Assembly: GCA_964247055.1 (NCBI GenBank) | Contig: OZ176060.1 | Coordinates: 496,001 to 560,000, forward strand | Length of the DNA: 64,000 nucleotides | Origin: Paragordius varius | Lineage: Eukaryota; Animalia; Nematomorpha | Reading direction: 5' to 3' | Part shown: positions 40,576-54,695 of the stretch, piece after piece | Layout: every line of letters begins with the position of its first letter | Numbering within the stretch: position 1 is the stretch's first letter | Notes under the pieces: generated by a model | Seen by the model: the letters and a program-made list of their open reading frames with translations, nothing else | The model's database searches: none | Told to the model about the DNA's origin: nothing | Program-made: the position numbers and the translations under genes

Positions 40576-41403
40576 TACGGATTATTTGAAATTTTTTATT
40601 AACAAAAATCTATTTCTTATTGTTGAAGCGTACTTCATACTGTTGAGGTATAATGAAAACAATATAAGTGCTTTAAGATTGGATACAAAAAAACTTCAAT
40701 AATTAATTCGTTTTAATATTTCTCTCATTACAGAATTTCGATAAAAAAATCTGTTTGTTTTAAATATTTTTGTACAATGCCAAAAATTTGAAAGAAAACA
40801 AACTTTTTAATTTAAAATTCTGAACTGAATTTATCACTGTTGTTTTATATAGAAAAAGTTTTAATATATCTTTAAGCGTTTTTTTACTCTTTCCAAAAAT
40901 ATATAAAAGGGTAAAATTATCAGACTAATTATAAATAACCAACAAACCATAAAATCCAAAATTTAACTATTTTAAATAAAAAATATCAAAGCCTTATACC
41001 CTTACATTAATATTTAGATGGCCGATTTACACAAAGTTAGCAGGGGGTGATATTTAGCATAATATATTTATATTACTAAACTATTACAAATATGTCAGTT
41101 ATTCTAAATTGTATTTTTAAATTTAATAAACAATATAAATTTTTGACAAATATAAATTTTTTTTTGCAATATTTAGTTATCTCTAAACTAAATCCAATCA
41201 TCAAAAACAAACTAACAACACTAACTTAACTAAACTCTGTATATATGGACAAAATTTAAATAATAAAGTTGACTATTACTGTACAAGGTATAGATTACAA
41301 TTTACATAAACAAATTTTATGTTAATAATTTTATTTTATTTTTATGTATTTAAAAATAATATAAATTATATTTATTGTGAAAATCATTATCTTGATATTT
41401 TAC

Positions 41404-41750
41404 GGTAGATTGTTGAATTCAAAAATACATTTAATATGGATTCTATTACACAAATAATCAATAATGCGACGAGCAAGTATCAATTTAGGATGAATACGTG
41501 TTTAAGCTCAAATAAAAGACCAATGTTTTTAGTTGTGAAATTATATTTAAAACCCTGCATATACAACAATCAAATAAGAATCATTAACCAAAATAAAATG
41601 TCTTTTATTATTCCTTGTGTTAAACATTGCATTATTTACAGTAGATTGTTGAAACCCAAAATACATTTAATATGGATTCTATAATCAAATAATTAATAAT
41701 GCGACGAGCAAGTATCAATTTAGGATGAATACATGTTTAAGCTCAAATTA
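41404..41750 (+). repeat. ~110-bp direct repeat, period ~238 bp
   Basis: GTAGATTGTTGAA..AAAATACATTTAATATGGATTCTAT..AATAATGCGACGAGCAAGTATCAATTTAGGATGAATAC.TGTTTAAGCTCAAAT, twice. Confidence 0.85.
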
Positions 41751-42589
41751 CAATGTTAACTGATCATTAACAATATAAATGACTGAAAAATAAATTGTTT
41801 TTATTTTTTAGAAACTCCATAAAACATAAGTTATTACATAAATTAATAACAACTATTTTTATTTTTTAAAATTTTTGATTATATCTTGTTATAAAAAATA
41901 TATAAATTTTACCATTTTAAAAAAATTATTACACCATATTAAAACCAATTTAAAACGCGAAAAAAAATATTTTTAACTGTTGTGTTTTGATCATATATGG
42001 GTACCAATAGCGTCAAAAAGGAGTTTCATGAATTATATGTAGTAACACATAAAATAGACGCAAATTTGAAAACAACGATACCCTACAAATCTTTATTCAT
42101 TTAAATATTGTTTAAAATGGTAAAGTGTGAAATAGAGATATTTACTAACTCAATCAATTCTATAATTTACAAAAATTGTAATTAAAGAGCTTATATGAAA
42201 TTAATATTTGGAAAGTATGATTGTAATTTGCCTTAAATTTACGTTTTAACTCTATAACAATTTTTAATGTCAGACTTATAAAATAAAATAAATGAATCTA
42301 TATTCAATAAACATTTGATTATAAAGAATTAAAAATATAAATAAACACTAATGATCGCGGCCTATAATTTGATTTAAAATTAAATAAACCAAAAATTAAA
42401 TCAAATGTTAATCTAAGTCCGCTTATAGATATACTACAATGGAGTTGCAGGATCATTAATATTGCGGTCATGATATTAATCTTATCATTAAAATTGATAA
42501 AATGTTTTAAGAAATTTCCTTTTTTCACTCATTTAGTAAATTATATTTAAAATTATAATATATTATAAATATATATAAAAATACAATTT

Positions 42590-43010
42590 AAAATATATGA
42601 AGAAAAGTGCTGCGCAACAATAATGGGCATGTGGAAGTTACAAGGGGGAAGAAAGAGAAAATATTATTATATGTAAATATATAAAAAAGAAATATAATAA
42701 AAAAAAAGAAATATATAAAAAATATTACAATGATGCATTTGTTGGGTTGTTGTCTATGAGGGAATTTCGCCCGCTCATAAACATGTGGTACATATCCGAG
42801 GATGATTTGATAGTATTGGTAACTATTAATTTCTTTAGTTGGGTAGGGCATCGGAACCTGATCTTCTTAAAAAGAACATCGTTTTTCGAATTCCACGAGC
42901 CGAGGCTCCCTACAACAACTGGAATGACTTGGGTGTTGCTGTATGTTTCCTGTAATTGTTGAGCCAAACAGCTATACTTCATTATTTTATTGTTAAAGGC
43001 CGTTTCGTAG
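42590..43010 (-). mobile_element. 5'-truncated non-LTR retrotransposon with restriction-like endonuclease C-terminus (NeSL/R4/R2-type)
   Basis: Minus frame FYETAFNNKIMKYSCLAQQL...VIPVVVGSLGSWNSKND matches the A..K..KY..LA and PVVVGxLGSW end motifs of RLE retrotransposons. It is followed by a putative 3' UTR. The 5' end abuts the local duplicated unit at ~43010. Confidence 0.7.
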
Positions 43011-44204
43011 AAATACCAAAGCCATATAATTAATTAAACAGATGGCATAAATTTATAATAATATTTCGTATACTTATAGGAGTGAAAATAAAGTAACTGT
43101 CTTTAAAAAAGTATTCTTTGCAAGGTATAAATATTCACCTATTTTTAGTTTTATCAGGTTATTAAGCATAACATTTTTATCCTATGTATAATACTAAACT
43201 ATTACTAATATGTCTGTTAAAGTCACCTCAGAACATAAATTTCTGGCTAAATATAAATATTTTTTATTAGATAAATCATTAAACTATTTTTTTTAAAACA
43301 AATTAATAAGACTAACTCAAGTGAAAACTCGCCTTTGTCGTATATATTACAGAACAAATTTGATTAATCAAATCGACTAACTTTTATTGAATAAAAAGTT
43401 TTTATATGTACCATAGGTAGACTTGTTTTACTTAAACATATATAATAATAGTTTCAGTTGAATATTATACTTATATATAGTACAGTATATGTTTATTTTG
43501 AAATCATTAGCTTGATATAGAAAATGCATTTTTAACAATAAATTTTTTAATATAAATATTTATCTAAACACGCTATTCTTTAATTTAGAATAGGGTCATA
43601 GTTATTCTTTACTAAATATTTTTTGCTAAATAATTATTTTTATTTACTAAACTAAATCTTTTTATTCGCGTATCAAAAATCCTTAAACTTAAAAATTTGC
43701 TGAGAAACACAGTTTAATAAAAGTGAGTAATTTCGTAAAATAAACATTTATTTTATAAAAGGCAGTTTTATTAGCAAAAATTACAATATTATTACAAAAT
43801 ATGACGCAAACACTTTTATATTTTGGAATTTTATAATTTAAAATAATTATTTGATTTTTTATTAAAGAAGGATAGACTTTACTCCATATTTTTCTGTCTT
43901 TTTTATGTCAATAAATACTTGACTGTTGCTTTTCAAAAAGTTGTGATAACATAAATTTAAATGATTCAAAAATGTTATTTATTAAATATAATTTAAAAAA
44001 AATTTAATAACCATACTTTATTATTCACATGGATAAAAAATTAGTCAATAAATTTAAACTTATATGAATCATAGCTTAAGTTTAGAAAATTTAATGTTAT
44101 TTGAAGTAAATGAAAAATATCAAGTAAATATATGGTATTATTAGTTAACATATATTAATTTGAAAATTATTTTTCACTATAAAAAATATTGAAACAAAAA
44201 TTGA

Positions 44205-44306
44205 AATATAAAATGAAACGACAGACGATTTCATTTCTTAACGGTTTTTTTTAATTGTCTGCTTTTTTATTTATTCTTAAAATTTATTTTTGTTTTAAAA
44301 ATGGGT
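44205..44306 (+). promoter_or_regulatory. Orphan copy of the exon-1/core-promoter element
   Basis: TATAAAATGAAACGACAGACGATTTCATTTCTTAACGG...AAAAATGG|GTAT (ATG at 44301-44303). No same-strand exon 2. Confidence 0.7.
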
Positions 44307-46086
44307 ATTTATATTATTTATAAATATATAATATTTAGTTTTATTTATAATTATTCGTATATATTAGATTAACTTTAAATCTTAATGTTTTAACTTTTAT
44401 AATGTATACATAGGCCATCTTTTTTATGTTTAGTATTGTATTTATAAAATAAGCTCTTTTAGTGAATTTAAACAAAACTCACTAGGAATTTATAAAAAGT
44501 TATGTTAGAATGTTAACTGACCAATAATTAAATTACGTGACTAAAAAATAATTTTGGTATGCTAAAAACTGAATAAACAAGATTTTTGTTATATTTGTTT
44601 TAAATGGTAAAATGTGAAAAGATTTATAACACAATCAATTTTATATTCTATAATTTCAATTAAAGAGCGTATAGAGGAAAAATTAGTTTTCGAAAAAGCC
44701 TGGTAGTCTTTTAAAATAATTTGCCTTATTATGTTTTAAATGTATATATTAATTTTAATTTATAAAATATGAAATAAACAAATATCCGATCATAATTAAT
44801 ATTTTCAACTAATAAGCGCGGCATATAATTTTATTGAAATTTGACAAAAGATAAAGAAATAATTTACGATTTCGGATTTATAAATATACTATAATGAACG
44901 ACCTGCGTAAATATTAACAATGCGTACTGACGTAAAGTTTTTTGATAAATAATCAATTATAATCTTTTTTAATATATTTCTTTCGTTAATCTATAATATT
45001 TTTTACCATGTATCTAAATTTTGATATTATTTTAAGTCCAATGGTTAAAAAATCATTTTTAAAAATATTTTTTTCTATCGAAGATTAAATCAAGCTTACT
45101 TTTTAGATTATGGCTAAATATAATATTTGTTAAAATAGTTCGAGAGCCATACCAGTTCGATAATTAAGAATGTAAAAAATTAACAATTAAATATTAATAT
45201 TAAATTTGATTAAATATTTTATTTCGATATCTTAACCATATAAATAAATCGTATAAATCCAACGAGAATTATAAATATTTATCAACCAATAAAAGCAAAA
45301 ATTGATGATATCAATCTAAATTTTCAAATTAAATATTTCCTGATATTTGTCTAATTATATGAGATACTATTGTAGGATAAATTATATCTGGATATATGTC
45401 ATTTTTAGTTTATATTCATGTTTAGTTCTACTGGTAAATTTATACTACTTTTCATTGTTGAAGTCATTTAATATACCATTTTGTATTGTAATGCAAATGT
45501 TTATCTTTATAAAAAATATAATACATCTATATTGCCAAATTTTTTAAATATTTTATTAATCTTAGGATTTTTATGCAAATATTTTATAGTTATACTTTCT
45601 TTGCTTAAAAGCTTTTTAAAAGTGTAATACATAATAGGCTGAAAAGTTTAAGCTGATTTACAATAAAAAATTGTGGCTCGCTGATTAAACCGTAGAGTTT
45701 ATTTGTTAAATAGAAAACTAAGAGTATATAAATAACCCCGCTTTATTGTTGCCCACCTCACATTATTTTAGGCCAATTGGCTATACTGTAATGTGTGAGT
45801 AAAAAACAACAAACGGTGTGAAATAATTTTTTTTTGATATTTACAACATTAAATTTGTTTTATATATTGACAAAATTATTTATTTGCTTTTATGTAATTT
45901 TAGAAAAATTAGGGTAGGGATTAGTTGGAAACCGAAACTAGTATGCATTTATCCTATATATATACTTTACCACTAAAATTATTTAAAATAATATTTATGT
46001 TATTATTTATAATTTTATGGACAAAATTTATTTTATATCATACGCTACTGTATTGTTATTTGGCCAACATTAAAGTAAGCACTGGA

Positions 46087-46346
46087 CAGTAATTGATATT
46101 ATACATGAAAATATTAGTATAATTTTTTTTCAAAAGGCAAATATTTTTAGAATCTATCGTATAAAGATTATATAATAAGAATTGTAAAATACATAATTGA
46201 TGTGTTACCAATAAATTTATTTTACAATCTGCAGTGAAAACAATCAGTTACATTTAGCAAATCAAGATATAAATATGATTGTCATTAAGATAAAAATATT
46301 TGCTTTTATATTTTTACGTTTTGTCCGTATAATTTCAATTTTGTTG
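46087..46346. mobile_element. Degenerate MITE of the TA/CAGT family
   Basis: Right TIR TTTACGTTTTGTCCGTATAATTTCAATTTTGTTG|TA. Left end decayed. Confidence 0.55.
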
Positions 46347-46759
46347 TAATTGATTGTAAAACAATCATTTATTATTTAGAAAATCAAGATATAAAAATTA
46401 TGGTTTTCTCGAAAGAAAAAAATTTTTGTTAATTTTTACATGTAGTGGGTATAATTTCGTTTTTAATATAATTTAGCTATTATGTGCAAAAACTCCAGAA
46501 ATTACCCGTCAAATGGCAAAAATATTTTATTAACCATCTAAATTTAATTTTAAAACTATAATTTTAAAATAAAATTTATATTTGTGTTTAACATGCTACA
46601 TGTATTATATTATGTTTATTAAATTAGGGTGTTCAATTGTGTACATTTTTTATATAAATAGTAAAATTATATTATGATTAAACTCGTTACTAATTTGACA
46701 TTAATATTTAATTTGTTTATGAAAAGATTTAAAATGCCTAGCAAGATTATTGAAAATCG

Positions 46760-47300
46760 GACAATCATGCTTTCTTATAAACAGTCTTATTATCTGAAAT
46801 AAAATAGTTTTTTTGAGAGAAAATTCATTTTTATTAATTGGACATTCATGTTAAAACTGTTCATGAACAGATTGAATATGTATGGTAGATTGCTTTTTCG
46901 AGAAAAATATTTAATACGTATCGGGCAGGGATATTTTAATGGTTTATGAACACCCTATATATGTGATGCAAGATGTCCTCTTTGAGTAAATGCTTTTATT
47001 TCACATTTTGAACATTACTGTTTACTTTTTTTAATAAAGATTTAATATGCGTTGGATATTTAACTTGTTCATGAAACGAAATATGTGTGGATTAAAATGT
47101 CTACCCTTATAAATTTTATCATGTTCAGTGCATCGATAATAATCCTTCATTTTTTGAATGTTTAAGGACTCTATAGATTTTGGTTTTGCCATTTTAGTGT
47201 TAAAATATATAATATATTATATCATTAGAATCAATATGCTTTTTAAGGTTCAAAATTCTGTCTGCTCTCCCCTCCAACTAAATTATCTCAAGATTATTGT
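46760..47300 (-). pseudogene. Degenerate zinc-finger family relic
   Basis: Plus strand shows TTGGACATTCATG, TGTTCATGAACAGATTGAATATGT, GGATATTTAACTTGTTCATG and TTCTGTCTGCTCTCC, which are reverse complements of the ECP, HIQSVHEQ, EQVKYP and GEQTE codons. No open frame. Confidence 0.65.
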
Positions 47301-47900
47301 TGATTTTTCGGTAACGCTTTGAATTTCTGTGTGGTTAGGCTATAAGAAAATTGTTCGTTAATTTTACTTTTAATTACTTTAAACAATGGTTATGAATTTA
47401 TACACCAATTTGAATAAATTAAGAGCATATTTTTTGTAAATAAATGATAAAGTAATATAATTTGAATCATTTATTCAAATAAAACAAATATAAAACCATT
47501 AAGCATATCTTTAATTATAGCAAGACCGTATAAATTTAATCAAGGCATATTTTGTCCAAGTAGATATATTTACTTTAAAGTTCTTGGCATAAACTAAACT
47601 TAATATATTTAAACAAATATGTTTTCTTGATAAGAAGTTAATAGGCATTTTTTCACTTTTATAAAGGTAATATATATTTATAATTATTAATTATATAAAA
47701 TAACACCTTTTCCTAAAATGGTATTAAAGTCACCTAGATAATTATTAAAATATGTCTTTGAAATCTCCAAAATTATAATTTAAATACCCACAACCTAGCT
47801 AGGATATTAGCGTCTATGCCCCTCCGTAAGTTATATGCACTCAATAAAAACTTATTCTCTCTTTTTGTTTCCCGAAATAATATATATAAAGATGCATATA

Positions 47901-48164
47901 CAGTTAAAACCGAAATTTACAGACAAAACGTTAAAATATAAAGATTCTTTCTAAAAGAATATTATATTTTTTCAAACCCTCATTTTTCTCATATAAAAAT
48001 ATAATTACAATTATTAAATAAATAATTTATTGTGTCACCAATATAGATTTCAATTCTATAATATGCAATTTAAAACAATGAGTTATATTTACAAAAATGA
48101 AGCTTATGTCTTGTGAAAAAAATTTTTTATATTACGTTATGTCCGTATAATTTAGCTTTTACTG
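47901..48164. mobile_element. Tc1/mariner-pogo-like MITE
   Basis: TA|CAGTTAAAACCGAAATTTACAGACAAAACG ... CGTTATGTCCGTATAATTTAGCTTTTACTG|TA. Confidence 0.8.
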
Positions 48165-50199
48165 TACATACTTAGGTATAGAATTAGTACTTTTTCATTT
48201 GTAAAAATTGTACGGGCAAATAGTAAACATATATAGACAAATTTATTTTTCAAGACAAACATACTTTTTTAAATTTAAACATTTTGAATCTTTATTTTGG
48301 TATAAGGAAGTAAAACACACTATTTTATAAGTTATAACTAAACAATTTATTGGGGAAAATCAATGTTTGAAAGAATATGGTTGTTTTATGTTTTTACATT
48401 TTATCCGTATATTTCAAAATTTACTCTATGTAAAAACTATTTAAATGATATTGAATATTATTTTTCCGTATAAATGTTAGATTGTTTGATAAAATTAAAA
48501 TTTTATAAATCCATATTTTTTATTTGGTACTATGAGGAGCTAAATGATTAGAAATTTATTAGAAATTGATACCAATCAATATCTTTTCGCTTAAGTTTCA
48601 ATAAAAACATAGCTTTTATGAAAATGAAGGTTTTGTCTTAATAAAACCTTAATATCTTTAACATTTTATCTTTCCTTTTATTTACTATTAAAAAAACCAT
48701 GTCTTAAAACAACAACAATAACATAAAATAAATTAAGTAAAAAAACGCAATATAAAGACAAAAGATATGTTATTTTATTACAATTATTAAATATGTAGTT
48801 TATTATTTCACCAATATACATTAAAATTTAAACCATATTTTGGTTATTTACCCATTGTACTATTTTAGTAAATATTTTATTACAAAATTAATGCCTATAT
48901 ATTATTTTAAAAAAAGTTGTATTATATAAACGTTAAATATCAAATATAATAAAACAACTAAAAATTATGTATAAATTTTTTTATAGTAGGCTAGTTTGCT
49001 TATTCATGAATAGATAACGAATGCATTTGATGGATAATTTTTTTAATTTTGAAAAAAAATGGTGGGAGTTTGATGTTAAGGTGTCCTTACATTTTTACAA
49101 AAAAAATGGAATGTGTTTACAAAGTTAAAGAGTGTATAATTTAAAATTTGGCCAATTATTATATATTACTAAGCATAAAAAATTACTATAAATAATTATT
49201 CAAAAATAACGCAAATACTATTCACGTTTTTTTAAATAAGAGGGTACTTTACTTATTTTATGAAGAAGGAATTATTCCATTTTTATGAATTTTTGTTTAT
49301 TGAAATAAAAATAGTATTTTTGATCAAACCGGTGAAAGATTTCACCAAACCTTAGCATTTTAAAAAATAATCTAATTTTAAACAAAATTTATCAAAAATA
49401 TATAAGAAAATGTATAAATATGCTCAAGAAACAAATTTAATCTAGTTTTGTCCCTTTGTGTTTTTAATTAATTAAATAAATATAATATCTGACCTGAGAA
49501 GAATGCGCGTCATTTACTTTATAAAACTAAACCATTTATTAAATTTTATTAAGCAATACAGTAGCGTATAATATAAAACAAATTTTGTCTATAAAATAAA
49601 AAAATTTAATGTTCTAATTAAAGGAAAATGTATATTTCACACCGTTTGTTGTCTTTTACTCACACGTTACTGTATTGCCAATTGGCCAAAAATAATGTGA
49701 AGTGTCCAACAATAAAGTGGGTACTGTATATACTTTAAGTTTTTTTATATAAAAAATAGGCTCTACAGTTTAATCAGCGTGCTACGCCTTTTCTATGTAA
49801 TTGTCAGTTTAAACTTTACAGAAGATTACGTTACACTCGTTTTAAAAAAGACCAAGCGGATAATCAAAACTATAAATGTAATAATTTAAAATTAAAAAAT
49901 ATATTTGGCCATTAATGACATATATGTAGGAACAGTCTATAAGAATATATTTTTGCAAGGATAAGAAAAAAATTTATATTTGTGAAATATAACGTTTTAG
50001 TTCTCACTTTTGTTGGGCTAAATGTCAATAAACTAAAGATTAGATTAGTATTTTAAATTTCATTAACCCATATTATTTATTCGCATTTAAATCGATAACT
50101 TTTATAAACTTAATTGTCGGATTATTTTACTTTTAAATTGTATAAAATATGTTTTATATAAAGTTTTATTTAAAAATGTATATGTAACCTGGCTTAATT

Positions 50200-50570
50200 T
50201 TCGGAATTAAAAATCTTGCAACACACAATCAATCTCATAAGCAAATAAAACAGGATTGCAATTTTAAAAAAGATTTTTTTGTAAAATCCAGCCTTTCCCC
50301 ATATATTGGCTCTGTTCATGAACTACTTAAATACTTGCAAAATTAATGTTTTCTTACAAAAGTTATCTCGCAATACAAATCAAATACGTACATGATCAAA
50401 TTAAAAATTAATGACCGATATGTAAAAAAAGGATTTATTAAAGAGGAAATCTTGCAACACATATTCGTTCTGTTTATGAACAGTATTAACATAATTGTCC
50501 AATTAATAAAATGATTTTCTCTCAAAACCCTATTTTGCTCCACTAAAGCTCATAACATTATAAAGCATTA
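50200..50570 (+). pseudogene. Degenerate zinc-finger relic; inverted paralog at ~56060-56300
   Basis: CTGTTCATGAAC..AAATACTTGCAAAATT and CACATATTCGTTCTGTTTATGAACAG (HIRSVYEQ). 56100-56300 is its reverse complement. Confidence 0.6.
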
Positions 50571-51469
50571 TTGTCCGATTTTAAATATAATTATAAAGTA
50601 AGTCTTGGCAACTAAAATTTTAATTAATTGAAAAAATTAAATATGAATGTCAAATTTATCACACGAATTTAATCATATTCTAATGTTATATATATATAAT
50701 TTATTAATGAAATTCATTTATTTACATTTTTAATATATCTGGCATGTTTTGACCTTTTTTGTCTGTCATTTTTGTAAATTTAAAATTTATATAATAAAAG
50801 TATATAAATAGTATATCAGAAAAAATGGTACAAGAGCTAAGAAATTTATATTACGGATGATCGATAATTTTTGACCCCGATTTAACATTAAACTCGAAAT
50901 TTTCAATATTAAAGGAGTTAGATATCAAGCCATATATTTCATATCATTTGAAAGAGCGCTAAAAACTGTATCTTTCATATAGTAGTAAGTCAAATCAGTC
51001 CGTGGTAAATATTATTTGGAGTTATATGGTTATTTTCAACCCTTAATCAAGATTAAAATTTTTATAAACTAATTTAAAAATCACATTAATATAATTATTG
51101 GGGTTACATTAGTAAAAAAATTTAAAAAATCTTTGAAAAAACTAAATATAAATGATATTACTAATTAAAATCTATATAAAAATCTGCAAAGTAAAACAAT
51201 GAGATTAAAAAAAAATTTAAAAATTATGGTCTAAGAAAAAATATTCATCTTTATATTTACGTTTAGTCGGTATAATTTAGTTTTTAATGTAATTTATTTT
51301 ATATCTACAGAAATGAACTCCAGAACAAACCAGTCAAATAGCATTTCAAATAATTTATTTACTAAAATGGATATAGGAAAGCGTCATGTAATAAATTAAA
51401 TCTCAATTTTTAATTATAATTGAAAACAAAATTATATTTATATGAAAAATATAGTTAAATATTGAGTTT

Positions 51470-51579
51470 ACGTGTTCAATTATTTATATTTTCTATTGGC
51501 AAAACTGCCTTTTTTTATTCTGTTTCGCAAATCGGACATTCAAGTTTAATTTTCTCATGAACCGACTTAATGTTCCTAG
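51470..51579 (-). pseudogene. 3' fragment of a zinc-finger paralog cut by the LTR insertion
   Basis: CAAATCGGACATTCAAGTTTAATTTTCTCATGAACCGACTTAATGTTCCTAG matches ZF5 at ~57462-57512 up to the exact LTR junction. Confidence 0.8.
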
Positions 51580-51894
51580 TGTTATGTATAATAACTTAAT
51601 TGTTTTTGTTAACTTAACTCAATTAATCTTATTTTAGTTACCTTATGAAAATCCTTTGTGCATAATACACCTTTGTACTTGTTACGCTAAAAATGTATAT
51701 TATCTTGGTTGTGAATGCTTTTACCTAAATACTGTAATATTGAACCTTATGCAAATATATAACTTGTGAATGCTTTCATCTAAATACTGAAATATTTAAC
51801 CTTATGCAAAAATGCAACCTCGCTCTAAAACTATATATAATGGAACATAGTTTTTTATGATATAAAATAAATTCCTTTTTTTCCGCTTATTACA
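51580..51894 (+). mobile_element. 5' LTR (315 bp) of a Ty3/Gypsy element
   Basis: Starts TGTTAT and ends ATTACA. Internal ~55-bp duplication TTGTGAATGCTTT..CTAAATACTG.AATATT.AACCTTATGCAAA. TATATATAA and AAATAAA motifs. Immediately followed by the PBS. No second LTR in the window. Confidence 0.75.
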
Positions 51895-51896
51895 TT

Positions 51897-51908
51897 TGGC
51901 GCGGTCGA
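51897..51908 (+). promoter_or_regulatory. Primer-binding site TGGCGCGGTCGA (tRNA-Ser-like, inferred)
   Basis: TGG starts 2 nt after the LTR CA end. The implied G discriminator and GCGGUCG acceptor stem resemble tRNA-Ser; tRNA identity is inference. Confidence 0.6.
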
Positions 51909-51937
51909 TTTTTTTGTATTACGTTGTATTCATTATT

Positions 51938-53710
51938 ATGGAAAAAATAAGTATTGAAAGTTATAAAATCAATAATAATTTTACGGAATATATTAAATAT
52001 TTACGAAGAAATTTAGTAATTAAAGGAATACAGGATAATAATGAAAATATTAAAGCTATCTTTCTTGCCCAATCCGGTATTGATAACATTTCTAAAATGG
52101 AACAATTCTTTTACCCCGTTAATATTGAAAACATATCTTGGGAGGAGATTTATGAAGCTGGGGTGAAAATATTTCAGCCAACCAAAAATACTTTTTTATC
52201 CCGATTCGAATTTTTTAGAGCGGAACGATTAGCGGGTGAAGGATTCTTGGAATTTTTTATAAGACTCAAAAATTTAGCCGCCGCATGCGAGTTCAAAGGG
52301 AACGTTGACGAACTAATACGGGACGTATTTATATGTGGGTTGAAGGAAAAAAAATTAGAGACTGAACTACTTAACAGGTACCCAAAGGCATTAGACAACG
52401 ACATACCAGTGGGATTAAATAAGGTTCTAAATTTGGCATTAGCGTATGAAAATTCTCACCTGGAAGTGAACTCAGTGAGAGCAATATATAATAATGATAA
52501 CATAGGTATTAATAATGGTAATAATAATGGTATTACTAATGGTAATAATAATGAAACATATAATGATGGTAATATTAATAATAATGAAATATATCTGGTA
52601 AGACGCAAACCTGGCGTAAAATCGTGTTTTAAATGCGGTCGCACACACAAATACGGATGCTGCCCAGCTTTTGGGAAGGTATGTTTCAAATGTCAGGGTA
52701 GAAATCATTTCGGAAGCCAATGTCAAAACAAATATGCTGGCAATAACAGGTATGTGAATAATATGGTAAATAAACCTAAAACCCACGTCGAAATGTTATT
52801 CGACACGGGGGCCGACATATCTTTAATAAATTTTAGCACGTGGTTTAAAATAGGAAAGCGTAAAATAAAACCCATTTATTTTAACATAAACACTTATGAT
52901 AATAATCCTTCAAACATAATAGGAGAGACAACTGTAACTCTTGAAAATAAAATAAAAAAGATAACAAAATGCTTTATTACAAAGAGACATCTTCCTCTAA
53001 TATTTGGCATGGATTGGATCCAGCTATTCAATATCCCATTCCCTAACGAATTATATATTATCAAATTATATCACACAAATGATATTTACAATAAATTTAA
53101 GTCTTTATTTGATAACAAATTGGGTTGTTGGAAAGGGGAATCCATAAAGATATTTTTAGAAAACAATAGTAAGGGACGGGTATTTCCGGCTAGAAGGGTT
53201 CCCTTGGCCTTACATGAGAAATTAAGTGAAGAGATCAAAAGGCTAGTATCCTTAAAAATTATTGAACCAGTAGACCCCAAGCAGTCTAAAATTTGTTGGT
53301 CCAGTCCTATAGTAAACGTATTAAAGTCAAATAATGAATTAAGAATATGCGCAGATTTTAAAGTGTCAATAAACAAATACATTAAAACACCTCAATATAT
53401 AATACCCACATTTGATGATAAAATATCACATGGTATGAAGTTTTCAGCATTAGATTTAAAAGATGCTTATCTACAGATTCCAGTGCATCCGAAATCTCAA
53501 AATCTTCTCACAATATCCAAACCTTTTGGGTTTTTTAAATATACTAGGCTCCCTTTTGGTCTGTCGTGTGCACCTAGTTTTTTCCAGCAGATCATGGATG
53601 AACTATTTGGAGATTGTAAGGGAACAGCGGTCTATTTAGATGATGTAATTGTTACGGGGGAAACGGATGAGGAGCATTATAGAAACCTAACACAAGTATT
53701 TGAAAAATAA
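51938..53710 (+). pseudogene. Ty3/Gypsy gag-pol (Mag-like): Gag, double zinc knuckle, aspartic protease, RT
   Basis: CFKCGRTHKYGCCPAFGKVCFKCQGRNHFGSQC, MLFDTGADISL, WSSPIVNVLKSNNELRICADFK, FSALDLKDAYLQ, RLPFGL and YLDD in one frame. Premature TAA at 53708, then the same frame continues at 53711-54050. Confidence 0.95.
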
Positions 53711-54695
53711 GAACGAATGGGTCTTAAATTAAAAAAAGATAAAATAAAGCTTTTTCAACAGGAAGTAGAATATTTGGGGTTTACTATATCAGAAAAATGT
53801 ATAAAACCAGCGAGCAGTAAGATTAAAGTCATTCGCGAGTGTCCAGCCCCTAAAGATAAAACAAATCTCCGTTCGTTTTTGAGCCTTTTAAACTTTCATT
53901 CACGATTTATACCTTCTCTAAATACAAATGTTAACGAACTCCATCAGCTAGATGGTTCCAAAAAGAAATGGTGTTGGACCGAGCACCAAATTATTTTTGA
54001 AAGGGCGAAGTTATTAATAGGGAATAAGAGCCCCATCTTTTTTGGCCGAAATTGAACCAGGATATTGAAAAATGGGTGCAAGGATGATCAAATGTCAAAA
54101 GTCACGGTTCAACATTGCAGTAAGCCCGACATATAAATGGAACCCGAACACCACCGGTTAGGAGCGATTGCATCTCGATATAGCGGGACCCGTAGATAAC
54201 CTCTACTGGGTCATACTTATAGATCACTGCACCCGTTGGGTGGAAGTAGCACAGCTTAAAACAGTGAACTCGATCAGTATTTTGAAAGTTTTAGAAGGTT
54301 GGTTTGCACGATATGGCACCCCAGAAATGATCGTAACTGATAATGCGTCGTATTTTAAGTCCGGTGATTTTGAAAGAATATTAAATTCCTCTAATATCAA
54401 GCATGTAACCTCGGCGCCATACCACCCTCGGACAAATGGTTTAGTGGAAAGGGTCATTTAAACATTGAAAACGCACTATTATATGTGTTCTGAAGTAGCA
54501 GATCCAGAACGCCGGTTAAACTAGGTACTGTGGGCTTACAGATCAGCACATCACAGTGGTTTAATGAGACACCTGCACGACTATTCCTAAAACGAAATAT
54601 ACCGACACCGCTGTCCTGGATGAAAGGCAAACCAAAGGATTATATCGATACCTCAGATAATATACGTGAGTTCGTTCCAGGTGAGAAAGTGTTTA
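53711..54695 (+). pseudogene. RT thumb/connection and integrase remnant; RNase H deleted; 3' end truncated
   Basis: EVEYLGFTI..CIKP..KIKVI, then a jump to FWPKLNQDIE and LHLDIAGP...IVTDNASYF...SAPYHPRTNGLVER (DDE core) with stops. The sequence switches to the local duplicated unit at ~54695 with no PPT or 3' LTR. Confidence 0.9.

Noticed and set aside
52174-54457. Antisense ORFs at 52174, 52456, 52472, 53086 and 54224
   Set aside because: These are shadow ORFs on the opposite strand of gag-pol with no motifs.
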